NCBI GenBank assembly: GCA_950097015.1
Contig: CATNEN010000003.1
Location: forward strand, 1,240,001 to 1,304,000
Source of the DNA: Macrostomum hystrix
Taxonomy: Eukaryota > Animalia > Platyhelminthes
Length of the DNA stretch: 64,000 nucleotides
Reading direction: 5' to 3'
Notes under the pieces: model-generated
Database searches by the model: none
Told to the model about the DNA's origin: nothing
The model's input: the letters and a program-made list of their open reading frames with translations, nothing else
Translations under genes and position numbers: made by a program
In this document: positions 1-9,751 of the stretch, one piece after another
Layout: each line of letters begins with the position of its first letter
Position numbering within the stretch: the stretch's first letter is position 1

Positions 1-332
1 TTTTCCTAGTAGTGCCATTGTCTTCTAAGCGAGTACTATTATAATGTGATTCATCCTTCAATGCTTCATAGCTTTTTATAGTCTGCATTCTGATTGATCG
101 TGTTTTGTAAATCATTAAATATATTATTGCATACGCTTAGCAATCGCTTTTACCTCTGTTTGTTTGTAGTCTCTAAATACGAAGCTTTTTGTTAATCTTA
201 ATTATTTTGGCCGACTTAATAGGCTTAGACCTAGAGTGTGGTAAAATTAAACCAACTATTTTAGTCCTGATTTGGCTATTTGTCATTTGTAACGTGACCT
301 TTCCTAGGGCTGCAAACGGGTAGCCTGTTCAC

Positions 333-2286
333 CTTAGTGGCTAAACAGGTAGCTATGGTTGTTCACATGCTGTTCCTTCAGCCTTGCAACTTCAGTGGCT
401 AAACAGGTAGCTATGGTTGTTCACACCTGTTCCTTCAGCCTTGCAACTTCAGTGGCTAAACAGGTAGCTATGGTTGTTCACACCTGTTCCTTCAGCCTTG
501 CAACTTCAGTGGCTAAACAGGTAGCTATGGTTGTTCACATGCTGTTCCTTCAGCCTTGCAACTTCAGTGGCTAAACAGGTAGCTATGGTTGTTCACACCT
601 GTTCCTTCAGCCTTGCAACTTCAGTGGCTAAACAGGTAGCTATGGTTGTTCACACCTGTTCCTTCAGCCTTGCAACTTCAGTGGCTAAACAGGTAGCTAT
701 GGTTGTTCACCTGCTGTTCCTTCAGCCTTGCAACTTCAGTGGCTAAACAGGTAGCTATGGTTGTTCACATGCTGTTCCTTCAGCCTTGCAACTTCAGTGG
801 CTAAACAAGTAGCTATGGTTGTTCACATGCTGTTCCTTCAGCCTTGCAACTTCAGTGGCTAAACAGGTAGCTATGGTTGTTCACATGCTGTTCCTTCAGC
901 CTTGCAACTTCAGTGGCTAAACAGGTAGCTATGGTTGTTCACATGCTGTTCCTTCAGCCTTGCAACTTCAGTGGCTAAACAGGTAGCTATGGTTGTTCAC
1001 ATGCTGTTCCTTCAGCCTTGCAACTTCAGTGGCTAAACAGGTAGCTATGGTTGTTCACACCTGTTCCTTCAGCCTTGCAACTTCAGTGGCTAAACAGGTA
1101 GCTATGGTTGTTCACATGCTGTTCCTTCAGCCTTGCAACTTCAGTGGCTAAACAGGTAGCTATGGTTGTTCACACCTGTTCCTTCAGCCTTGCAACTTCA
1201 GTGGCTAAACAGGTAGCTATGGTTGTTCACCTGCTGTTCCTTCAGCCTTGCAACTTCAGTGGCTAAACAGGTAGCTATGGTTGTTCACATGCTGTTCCTT
1301 CAGCCTTGCAACTTCAGTGGCTAAACAAGTAGCTATGGTTGTTCACATGCTGTTCCTTCAGCCTTGCAACTTCAGTGGCTAAACAGGTAGCTATGGTTGT
1401 TCACATGCTGTTCCTTCAGCCTTGCAACTTCAGTGGCTAAACAGGTAGCTATGGTTGTTCACATGCTGTTCCTTCAGCCTTGCAACTTCAGTGGCTAAAC
1501 AGGTAGCTATGGTTGTTCACATGCTGTTCCTTCAGCCTTGCAACTTCAGTGGCTAAACAGGTAGCTATGGTTGTTCACACCTGTTCCTTCAGCCTTGCAA
1601 CTTCAGTGGCTAAACAGGTAGCTATGGTTGTTCACATGCTGTTCCTTCAGCCTTGCAACTTCAGTGGCTAAACAGGTAGCTATGGTTGTTCACACCTGTT
1701 CCTTCAGCCTTGCAACTTCAGTGGCTAAACAGGTAGCTATGGTTGTTCACCTGCTGTTCCTTCAGCCTTGCAACTTCAGTGGCTAAACAGGTAGCTATGG
1801 TTGTTCACATGCTGTTCCTTCAGCCTTGCAACTTCAGTGGCTAAACAGGTAGCTATGGTTGTTCACATGCTGTTCCTTCAGCCTTGCAACTTCAGTGGCT
1901 AAACAGGTAGCTATGGTTGTTCACACCTGTTCCTTCAGCCTTGCAACTTCAGTGGCTAAACAGGTAGCTATGGTTGTTCACACCTGTTCCTTCAGCCTTG
2001 CAACTTCAGTGGCTAAACAGGTAGCTATGGTTGTTCACACCTGTTCCTTCAGCCTTGCAACTTCAGTGGCTAAACAGGTAGCTATGGTTGTTCACACCTG
2101 TTCCTTCAGCCTTGCAACTTCAGTGGCTAAACAGGTAGCTATGGTTGTTCACACCTGTTCCTTCAGCCTTGCAACTTCAGTGGCTAAACAGGTAGCTATG
2201 GTTGTTCACATGCTGTTCCTTCAGCCTTGCAACTTCAGTGGCTAAACAGGTAGCTATGGTTGTTCACATGCTGTTCCTTCAGCCTT
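333..2286. repeat. 57/58-bp minisatellite (~34 units) with a ~520-bp higher-order period
   Basis: Unit agtggctaaacaggtagctatggttgttcac(atg/ac)ctgttccttcagccttgcaacttc; rare variants recur at 520-bp spacing (aaacaagt at 803 and 1323; cacctgctg at ~710, 1230, 1750). Confidence 0.97.
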
Positions 2287-2313
2287 ACTCTCCGCCCTTT
2301 ACCATGAACTTAC

Positions 2314-2362
2314 TTTTCGAGTCAGCATCGTCGAGATATTCAGCGATCTTGTCGAAGACCAT
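2314..2362 (-). CDS. Possible first coding exon (MVFDKIAEYLDDADSK) of a minus-strand gene running off the left of the window
   Basis: ATG at 2362, 16 protein-like codons, then a perfect GTAAGT donor leading into the 57/58-bp array (arrays elsewhere in this window sit mostly in introns). No homology recognised. Confidence 0.3.
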
Positions 2363-2810
2363 TTTGACAAGGACAGATTAAATTGCTCTGTGTAAACCTC
2401 TGCGAATGCAATTTGGCTCAAAAATGTAAATTTTTCATTTTTATCAATCTAAAATCGTTAATAATGATAGCCGTCATGGTTGCATGATGAAAGTTTGTGA
2501 GCAGAAAAATTATGTCTGTATTGGTGGTATCTGACACCCTGACGGGAATCGTTGAACATCTCGACAATGTCGATGATTTGGGATTCTAGAAGTTGTTTCA
2601 TTGGTTAGAGCGGAAAGTTTTAGTCCGTCTTCTGAATTTTAATGGCGATTGGTTGAATATTTTAGGAGATACAGAAAAAATTGTGGTTTTTTTAAATACC
2701 CCCCTGGTCTTTCTAGTCTTAATAAATTGCAATTGTCTTGAGATTTTGTTCTTGTTTCAAACGAGCTCTAAAAGTACACGAGGCGTCTATAGTTACGGCT
2801 TTGTTTCCAG

Positions 2811-4703
2811 ACGGAAACGCGACGCCTCCCAGAGACCGAGCGGTCGAATCCGCTCACAGTCGACATCGACCGGTGCCCAGATCTTGCCGGCCTTCTCAAC
2901 CAGGTCGACCGACAGCTCCTGACTGACCTTCGTCAGCAGGCTGAACGTTTGGACGCCGATCTAGACAAGCTCAGTGCCGTCATGGCCGAAGCTGTCGCCT
3001 CAGGTGGTGTCGTCGTCATCTCGGGCTGCGGCACCAGCGGACGGCTGGCGACCCTTGCCTGCGGTCTTGCTAATCGTCGACTCCGACGTCGTCAAAGCCT
3101 GTCGATGTCAGCGTCGTCATCTAAATTTCGACCCTGCCTGGCTGGCGGTCGTGCAGCGTTTGCAGCTTCGATCGAGCCAGCCGAAGATGCTGCCATCGAG
3201 GGTGTTCGATCGTTTCTGTCTTTGCTTGGCAACGGAACTGTACCCGGTGTCAAAAACGTTCTCGTCGGAGTCAGCTGCGGTCTGTCTGCTCCCTTCGTTC
3301 TCGGCCAGATCGAGCTGTGTCTGGACAAGCCGGCCTTGGCCTACCCGGCTCTGCTTGGCTTCAACCATGTCGACGACGTTCGCGACGATGACGCTGTTGG
3401 CCTTAGCCAACCGGGTGGCTGTCGAGCGGTTGTGGCGCGTTTAATGAAAGCCACCGATCGAGGATTATTAATTAATCCGTCGATTGGGGTGAGTCTTTGG
3501 TTCCTGAAATCTTTCTTCTGTACTATTAAACTTGATTATGCGCCTTTGTCATTCGTAAGTCTTCTGACTTTTCAGGCCGAAGCCATTACCGGCTCGAGTC
3601 GCATGAAGGGCGGCACGGCCACACTGATCCTGCTTTTTCTAGCCATTGCCCGAATGCTGGCACATATTCCCGTTGACTCTGACGATGACAAAGAAGATCT
3701 GGTTAGTAAAGACTGGCTGTCAGTTAGCGACCACCTAGATCACCTGGATCGACTGTTGGATTCAATTCACGAAGCTGACACCGAGTTGAATAATTGGATG
3801 ATCCAGTTTGCTGCCAGCGTCGGCTTTGGCGGCTGCCGCGGCGGGGGAGTTCTCTATGCCTTCGACGAACCAATCAGCGCGGCGATGGCCGCCATCGATG
3901 CGTCCGAGTGCCCGCCAACTTTCGGCGCCGCTCCTAGCGACGTCCGAGCCATTGGCGACAGTCATACTCACGAGTTTCTGACCGATATTTGTGACTTAGC
4001 TAAGGACGCTCATGATCTTAAGGACGTTAATGCTTGCGAGGTTGCTAAGGACGCTAATTTTTGTGAGGTTGCTAAGGACGCTAATTTTTGTGAGGTTGCT
4101 AAGGACGCTAATTTTTGTGAGGTTGCTAAGGACGCTAATTTTTGTGAGGTTGCTAAGGACAATAATGTTTGTGATGTTGCTAATGACGCTAGTCGTGTTG
4201 CTGGCTTTGCTTTATCAAGTCCCGGTAAGCTCTCAGACTGGAATATTAGTTGTCGTCGCAGTTTGGTGTTCCAGTTGCCAGGCAGTTCAATTCTGGAGAC
4301 CGGAGCCGATGTCGTTATCGATCTCACCCGTCTGCCAAACGACTCGCTATGGCGCGACTACGCCGTCGTCATGGCAACAAAACTGACGCTAAACCGCTTA
4401 TCAACTGGCGGCTTCGTCCGCTGCGGCAAAACCTACGGCAACCTGATGATCTGCCTGCTGCCCTCCAACAGCAAGCTGGCTGGGCGCGCCGCTCGGATCG
4501 TGGCCTCGGTGGCTGGCACCGATCTGTTCGAAGCTCGGGCGGCGCTAACGCGGTTTGTTGACGCCGAGACCTTGTCATCGACACATACGGTGTCGCCAGT
4601 GGCTGGCGCCGTGCTGCTGCTTCGCCGACCCGAGCTCAACCCGGCTGAAGCCCGTCGATTGCTGGCGGCGCACAGCGGTCGGCTGCGCGAGCTGATTTCT
4701 TGA
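2811..4703 (+). CDS. GCKR: Glucokinase regulatory protein-like / MurQ-family double-SIS protein (~600 aa)
   Basis: Exons 2811-3488 and 3576-4703; the 87-nt GT-AG intron is read through by the ORF track. Motifs TERSNPLT, SGCGTSGRLA, EPAED, GVSCGLSAPFV, INPSIG/AEAITGSSRMKGG, DASECPPTFG and ATKLTLNRLSTG..GKTYGNLM..SNSKL match GKRP/MurQ. Start codon unresolved. Confidence 0.85.
   Translation, partial: TETRRLPETERSNPLTVDIDRCPDLAGLLNQVDRQLLTDLRQQAERLDADLDKLSAVMAEAVASGGVVVISGCGTSGRLATLACGLANRRLRRRQSLSMSASSSKFRPCLAGGRAAFAASIEPAEDAAIEGVRSFLSLLGNGTVPGVKNVLVGVSCGLSAPFVLGQIELCLDKPALAYPALLGFNHVDDVRDDDAVGLSQPGGCRAVVARLMKATDRGLLINPSIGVSLWFLKSFFCTIKLDYAPLSFVSLLTFQAEAITGSSRMKGGTATLILLFLAIARMLAHIPVDSDDDKEDLVSKDWLSVSDHLDHLDRLLDSIHEADTELNNWMIQFAASVGFGGCRGGGVLYAFDEPISAAMAAIDASECPPTFGAAPSDVRAIGDSHTHEFLTDICDLAKDAHDLKDVNACEVAKDANFCEVAKDANFCEVAKDANFCEVAKDANFCEVAKDNNVCDVANDASRVAGFALSSPGKLSDWNISCRRSLVFQLPGSSILETGADVVIDLTRLPNDSLWRDYAVVMATKLTLNRLSTGGFVRCGKTYGNLMICLLPSNSKLAGRAARIVASVAGTDLFEARAALTRFVDAETLSSTHTVSPVAGAVLLLRRPELNPAEARRLLAAHSGRLRELIS
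3998..4190 (+). repeat. 27-bp coding minisatellite (AKDANFCEV repeats) inside the GCKR-like ORF
   Basis: gctaaggacgctaatttttgtgaggtt x4 exact plus degenerate flanking units; frame is preserved. Confidence 0.9.
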
Positions 4704-5119
4704 TAACCGCAAATCTAAGGAGCTAATCTGAATTTGACTACTTAGAGTAGACTTTTAGCGTTTTTTGTCCGTAATTTACGTTTTAAATTCATAAAATAAT
4801 ATTTTTGTGCTTATAAATTTTACTAATTCTGGAAGATGATTTTTTTCATATTTTTTTCTTGAATTTTTGCATTTTTCTAATCGCTTGCCAATTGAAAATT
4901 TACAAATTTTAACATAAGAATTGCTCTACACATAGTAATCTGTGAAATATATATATTTCTGATTCTATAATATTTAACCAATATAAAGATTTGCTTTATA
5001 CCAAAGAGCTTTATCACAAAGCAGTGGGCCTTCTTAATTATTATTTGAGTTGATCAGAAACTAATATTTGACCATGGCGTCTTCCCGTCTTGGAGTCGTC
5101 TTCTCATATCCGTATAAGT

Positions 5120-5930
5120 CTGTAATCCCAGCCTGTAATCCCTGTCAAGATCTGTAATCCCAGCCTGTAGTCTCTGTCAAGATCTGTAATCCCAGCCTGT
5201 AGTCTCTGTCAAGTTCTGTAATCCCAGCCTGTAATCCCTGTCAAGATCTGTAATCCCAGCCTGTAGTCTCTGTCAAGATCTGTAATCCCAGCCTGTAGTC
5301 TCTGTCAAGATCTGTACCCCCAGCCTGTAATCCCTGTCAAGATCTGTAATCCCAGCCTGTAGTCTCTGTCAAGATCTGTAATCCCAGCCTGTAGTCTCTG
5401 TCAAGATCTGTACTCCCAGCCTGTAATCTCTGTCAAGTTCTGTAATCCCAGCCTGTAATCTCTGTCAAGTTCTGTAATCCCAGCCTGTAGTCTCTGTCAA
5501 GATCTGTACCCCCAGCCTGTAATCCCTGTCAAGATCTGTACTCCCAGCCTGTAATCCCTGTCAAGATCTGTAATCCCAGCCTGTAGTCTCTGTCAAGATC
5601 TGTACCCCCAGCCTGTAATCCCTGTCAAGATCTGTACTCCCAGCCTGTAATCCCTGTCAAGATCTGTAATCCCAGCCTGTAGTCTCTGTCAAGATCTGTA
5701 ATCCCAGCCTGTAGTCTCTGTCAAGTTCTGTAATCCCAGCCTGTAATCTCTGTCAAGATCTGTACTCCCAGCCTGTAATCCCTGTCAAGTTCTGTAATCC
5801 CAGCCTGTAGTCTCTGTCAAGTTCTGTAATCCCAGCCTGTAATCCCTGTTAAGTTCTGTAATCCCAGCCCGTAATCTTTGTCAAGATCTGTAATCCCAGC
5901 CTGTAATCTGTCAAGATCTGTAATCTCAGC
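5120..5930. repeat. 32-bp minisatellite immediately 5' of (or in intron 1 of) TERT
   Basis: Unit ctgtaatcccagcctgta(a/g)tc(c/t)ctgtcaag(a/t)t, ~25 copies. Confidence 0.96.
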
Positions 5931-8900
5931 CGGTCTCTATTCAGTTCGCAGACTTCCACTCGCAGCTGTTGTTGCGCAAGCGCTGGTGCGCGCACTCGCC
6001 GAATCCTTTCGAGCGGCCTCCGAGCCGGGTGCGCATCCTTGACCCGACTGTTCGCCTATTGGCCCAGCTGCCGTGCCGCGCCGAACTGAGTCACGTGACC
6101 GCTTATCGATCGGTTTGTTTGGAAATTGAAGAGGCCTACAAATCAGTCGGGTTGCTTTATCTGCTGCGTTGGCTTCGTCAGCGTCGAGTTAGGCGACCAT
6201 CGCCCGACGCTTCAGTTCAGCCGACATTGCACCATGAAGTTGCCGATTTGACTCGGCGAATCTTTGAGCTCACACTCAAGCCGCACAGCCTGAGGCTACT
6301 GCTGGCTGGAAGCGATTCGTGGGCCTCCGTTACTCGCATGCTGCGCTACTTTGTCGGTCTGAATGTCGCCTCTGCGGCTAGGCTGGACGTCTGGCTTGAT
6401 GGCAGCAGTGGCGACAGTCGAGAAGTTCAAGGTCGGCGAAGAGCCAGAAGGAAGCGTCGGAGAATCGAGACTAGTTCTGCGGCGATTGACAGGTGGTTGA
6501 CAGTCTACTGATCGTATGTTTTTGTGCTTTTACGACCATAAAGCCATGATTTTTTTGTATAGTTCACCTATTGAGGTCCTATCGCGCTACAGCCAGCACA
6601 TTGCTTGTTTACACTGCCTCACCCAAAAACGAACCCTTTTAATGTTTACATGTATACGTATCCGAGTACGCGCGTGTTTGTTCAGGGTCCTTGAAGTAGG
6701 AAGCCATTCTTCCTTAGTGCCTGTTGGTCGTTATAATACATAATCATAATATTTATATATAACCCGTTTCTGGAGGACTTTTAACACGCCCTACTCTCCC
6801 AACCGAGATCCCTGAGCTCGATTCCACTAAGGCCTCACTAACAGTTCAAAGACACGGGGGTATTGAAAAAGCCCACAACTTTTCCGTTCTGGAAACATTT
6901 TCTGCTCATAAATTTTCATCATGTAGCCATTAGAAATGTAAATCCATATGGTAGGCAGCTTCTGTTCAAAATACTCCTGTGGTCGTACGCATTCGTGTGT
7001 GGTGTGTGTCCAGAATTTAGCGGAATGGACAGAATTGCCTCCTCGTTCATAGCAGGATTTTGAAACCTGTGTAGATTTCTGAAATTCCGAAAGCTAAAGA
7101 TTTTCCTAATACACTCGCATTTATAATTCATCCTTAAATGCCCATAACAAAGCGGCAACTCTGAACAGGAGAATATAGATCCCTATGAGCGCCAGCTGCA
7201 TCGAGTGGCGGCACACGCGATAGTCTACAACGCGGTGCGCCATCTGCTGTGCCCCGTCTTGCGGGGCTTATTTCACACCACCTCCTCTCCCGGGCCCCCT
7301 GGTGACTGCCTGTACTATCGCAAACGCGCCTGGTCCGGCGTGTTGTCTGCCGCCCTAGCCAATCTGCAGGAACGCGGCGTCCTTGCACTGAACCCGACGC
7401 CAGAGCAAAGCTTGACAAACGGCTCCTGTCTTGGCGTCGGCCACCTTCGACTGGTGCCGAAGCAGTCGGACTCGACCATCACCGCGGTCGGTTTCCGTCC
7501 GTTGTGCGTCTTCCCGTCCGTAGTTCGACTGTCGAGTTTAACTCCTTCGGCGCTGCTTCGCTGCGGTTCGCTCAATCGACGCCTTAACGACCTGCTGAAT
7601 GCTCTAAGACGGCTGTGCCCACCGCGACAGTCTCGACAGGCTATGCTGCGTCGTCTTTTGGAGCACTTTCGTCGGCACCGAGCAGACTCTCTTGCAGGTT
7701 TCAATAATTTTATTTTGTTTTGGTAATGACCAATCTGGGGACTGGAGAATGGGGTAATTATCTATTTTATCGCATGGCCAAGTACCAAGTACCAAGACCC
7801 CAAGAACCAAGACTCCTTTAGGCACTGTGAGTGGCTTGTCTTACTTTCCTTACGCTGTAACCGGTCCGTCCTGCAGCGTTTTTATCTGTGGGTTACAATA
7901 TGGCAAGTAATTGGGAAGCAACCCAATTACCATCCTGCAGTTGCTTACAGTTGCTACCCCGTTGCTAACCGAATTCTACGGAGTTATGCAACCGTTTTTC
8001 ACCCGCAGCCGGCGGCTTCAGCCTAGTCCGCTTGGATGTCAGCCGCTGCTTTGACTCAATCGATCACCGTCATCTACTTGGCGTTTTCCAGTCCGCCCTG
8101 GACGAAGCAATTTCGACCTCGTTGATTGACGCCGGGTTGGCCGATCGCGCGCGCGTCCTGCTTCGCCGAATGCTTTACTGCCCCGGAGAGGACGTTGTCG
8201 AGGACGACGACGGCGTTCACCTTCGAGTTGGGCACCAGTTTTTTAAGCTGACGCGTGGCGTGCCTCAAGGAGCCTGCGTTTCGCCGCTGCTGTGTCATCT
8301 CTACCTAGACAGCTGCGAGCGAGGCTACTTGACATTGACAGACATTTGCCACGATGCTGCGGATAATCGAGGAGAAAAATCAAGGCCAGACGGACTTATT
8401 CTGCTCCGGTTGGTGAAGTGTTGTAATTTCTTTTTGTCAGGCAGTGTACACTTTTACTGTGCCATTGAAGGTTGGCCCTGAAGGGCGTAAATTGCACGAC
8501 AAGCCCCAAGCCTTTTCTCCGAGGCTGCGCCCCAAATGAATATGGCCTCACAGCGGAATCGAGCTCAGGGGCATTGGTGCGAGAGGCAAACGGGTTAGAC
8601 CTCTCTGCCACCGCCCGCTCGAATCTTAGTTCTGATAATCCTAAAATTCCAAATCCAAAAATTTTAGCTAAAATCCTAAATCCACCGCCTTTAGATACGC
8701 CGACGATTACCTGCTAGCCTCGACCGACACGTCCGCCTGCGCCGCCCTCCTACGACGCCTGATCGCCGCCCTGTCCCGTCTGGGCCTCTCAGTCAACCGG
8801 TCGAAGCTTCGCCTGGCTGGGCCGTTGGCTAGCCATCTCCAGGAGGTCGGCGACGCCAGCGTCGATTGGCTCGGCTGGCGTCTGACGCCCTGCGGTGGTG

Positions 8901-9751
8901 TCACATCGGCAACATTTGGCAGCTCGGGCGCTGAGATTGCAGAACGGTATTGCCGCTATGCCGGTACGGGACTCGACGCGGGCGGAGTCCTTCGTCGCCT
9001 GGAGCGGCTCAGCTCCAGCGGTCCGTTGTCGTCGCTGCTGCCTCTACTGCGCAGGCCGGATAGCTCGGCTGCAGAGCTCAGCACCAACTCATCCGACGCC
9101 GGTCGAACTCTGGCCAGACGGTTGAGACGCCTGGTGAAGACCAGCCCGCATCGGTGTCGACTTGTGGCGTCGGCCGGCTCTGGGCCAGAGGCTGATCAAC
9201 TGGCTCGGACGGCCACTCGGAGCCTGCTGAGGCTGGCTGGTCGTGTGAGCTCACAGACTGAGCTGTGGCGTCGGCGGCTGGCGTTGCAGGTGAAACAGTC
9301 ATTCGCTAGCATTTTCCATCAGCAGAATACTGCCCTTTCTTCCCCGGATTCATCAGCGGACTACTGCCCTTTCTACCTTAGACTATTACCCTTTCTACCC
9401 CAGATCCGTCAGCGGACTACTGCCCCTTATACCCTGGACTATTACCCTTTCTACCCCAGATCCGTCAGCGGACTACTGCCCCTTATACCCTAGACTATTA
9501 CCCTTTCTACCCCAGATCCGTTAGCGGACTACTGCCCCTTATACCCTAGACTATTACCCTTTCTACCCCAGATCCGTCAGCGGACTTTCCAAATGAAGTG
9601 CCTTAGCGAAGTTCCCATTGGCTGAAACCCGCAGACTGTGTACACAGCGGCACGTGACGAGCTGCGACCGTACTCTGGCGAGTTCGCCCACGTCCTGGCC
9701 GCCATGCAGTCAGGCTATCTGGCCAAGATGCGATGTCTGGCGAAAGAGTGA
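5930..9751 (+). CDS. TERT: Telomerase reverse transcriptase, compact and divergent (~740-755 aa)
   Basis: Exons ~5930-6492, ~7153-7697 (this junction uncertain), 8009-8408, 8695-9289, 9635-9751. CP-like EEAYKSVGLLYLL; QFP-like HHEVADLTRRIF..LLAGSDSWASVTRMLRYFV; T motif LRGLFHTTS..LYYRKRAW; motifs 1/2 LRLVPKQ..GFRPL; A LVRLDVSRCFDSI; B' GVPQGACVSPLLCHLYL; C LLR/YADDYLL (split by a phase-2 intron); D GLSVNRSKL; E DWLGWRL; helical CTE. AATAAA at 9930. No endonuclease domain, and the gene has introns. Confidence 0.88.
6770..7047 (+). mobile_element. Degenerate tRNA-derived SINE (family 1) in a TERT intron
   Basis: B-box-like ccctgagctcgattcc (6810-6825) is the exact reverse complement of 8555-8570; gtgtgtccagaatttagcggaatggacagaattgcctcctcg (~7005-7046) matches the SINE body at ~43020-43063. 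Confidence 0.55.
8437..8613 (-). mobile_element. tRNA-derived SINE (family 1), 5' portion, in the TERT motif-C intron
   Basis: Colinear high similarity to 45564-45739; minus strand has A-box-like GGTGGCAGAG and B-box-like GCTCGATTCC. Confidence 0.8.
9330..9587. repeat. 56-bp minisatellite in the last TERT intron
   Basis: cccagatccgtcagcggactactgccccttataccctagactattaccctttctac, ~4.5 copies. Confidence 0.92.

Noticed and set aside
333-2286. CRISPR-like array, or the repeated ORFs MFTCCSFSLATSV..
   Set aside because: Head-to-tail units with no unique spacers, eukaryotic context and no cas genes; the ORFs are repeat artefacts.
3489-3575. Hydrophobic segment VSLWFLKSFF.. in the GCKR ORF
   Set aside because: It is an in-frame 87-nt GT-AG intron; removing it restores NPSIG-AEAITGSSRMKGG.
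5120-5930. Resemblance of CTGTAATCCCAGC / GCCTGTAGTC to the Alu/7SL 5' region
   Set aside because: Only a 10-13-nt match inside a 32-bp unit with no other 7SL sequence; treated as coincidence.
8032-8900. RT as a non-LTR, Penelope or group II intron element
   Set aside because: T, QFP and CP motifs are present, the gene has spliceosomal introns, and there is no endonuclease or terminal repeat; TERT fits better.
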